A DNA stretch of 24,000 bases from Clostridia bacterium (GTDB taxonomy: Bacteria > Bacillota > Clostridia > UMGS1810): contig JAZRKQ010000016.1 of assembly GCA_045646385.1 (NCBI GenBank), positions 96,336 to 120,335 on the forward strand, read 5' to 3'. Below, one piece after another: positions 23,946 to 24,000 of the stretch. The notes beneath the pieces are model-generated. The model ran no database searches, had not been told where the DNA came from, and saw nothing but the letters and a program-made list of their open reading frames with translations. Position numbers and translations under genes: made by a program. How positions within the stretch are numbered: position 1 is the first letter of the stretch; every line of letters starts with the position of its first letter.

Positions 23946-24000
23946 AATAGTCGGAGCCATAATTGTTATTACTACTACAATTATTTTGGGGATATCAAAA
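23935..24000 (+). CDS. spoIIIAB: Stage III sporulation protein AB, N-terminal fragment (runs off the window)
   Basis: TTG at 23935 lies 7 nt after GGAGG and overlaps the spoIIIAA stop. It encodes a hydrophobic N-terminus, LIFKIVGAIIVITTTIILGISK, like SpoIIIAB. Only 22 codons are visible. Confidence 0.55.
   Translation, partial: MIFKIVGAIIVITTTIILGISK

Noticed and set aside
1-24000. A scan for CRISPR arrays, transposase or integrase genes, inverted-repeat-bounded elements, toxin-antitoxin pairs and known defence-system genes.
   Set aside because: No spaced direct-repeat array, no recombinase or transposase-like ORF, and no nuclease/helicase/methylase-type defence genes were seen. The window looks like core chromosome, with a metabolic accessory operon.

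Overview
AT-rich chromosomal segment from an endospore-forming Firmicute (Clostridia-like), inferred from spoIVA, sigH and spoIIIAA/AB. No mobile elements, CRISPR arrays or recognisable defence genes were seen. Gene order: the 3' end of an ABC uptake operon (binding protein, permease, ATPase); spoIVA (minus strand); two tandem tRNA-Ser genes with their own promoter and terminator; a complete T-box riboswitch leading into a 763-aa fusion of XRE-HTH, cupin and AMP-forming acyl-CoA ligase; a DUF1846/UPF0371 gene and an EamA transporter (minus strand); a membrane-anchored PstS-like binding protein; and a small membrane ORF followed by a terminator. Next comes an 11-gene, essentially gap-free plus-strand cluster (10897-22249). 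It encodes a degenerate LeuA-like protein, a TIM-barrel::acyl-CoA-ligase fusion, IlvE, a P-loop NTPase, a four-subunit 2-oxoacid:ferredoxin oxidoreductase, a stand-alone XRE-cupin regulator, a second ACSM-type ligase and an MBL-fold hydrolase. The window ends with sigH (minus strand) and spoIIIAA/AB. The main hypothesis is that the T-box-controlled ligase fusion and the 11-gene cluster form a poorly described system. It would activate short or branched-chain acids, reductively carboxylate them to 2-oxoacids and transaminate them to branched-chain amino acids, under unusual regulation (tRNA sensing, enzyme-fused HTH-cupin, LeuA pseudoenzyme). All functional calls rest on by-eye motif and homology recognition. 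No searches were run.
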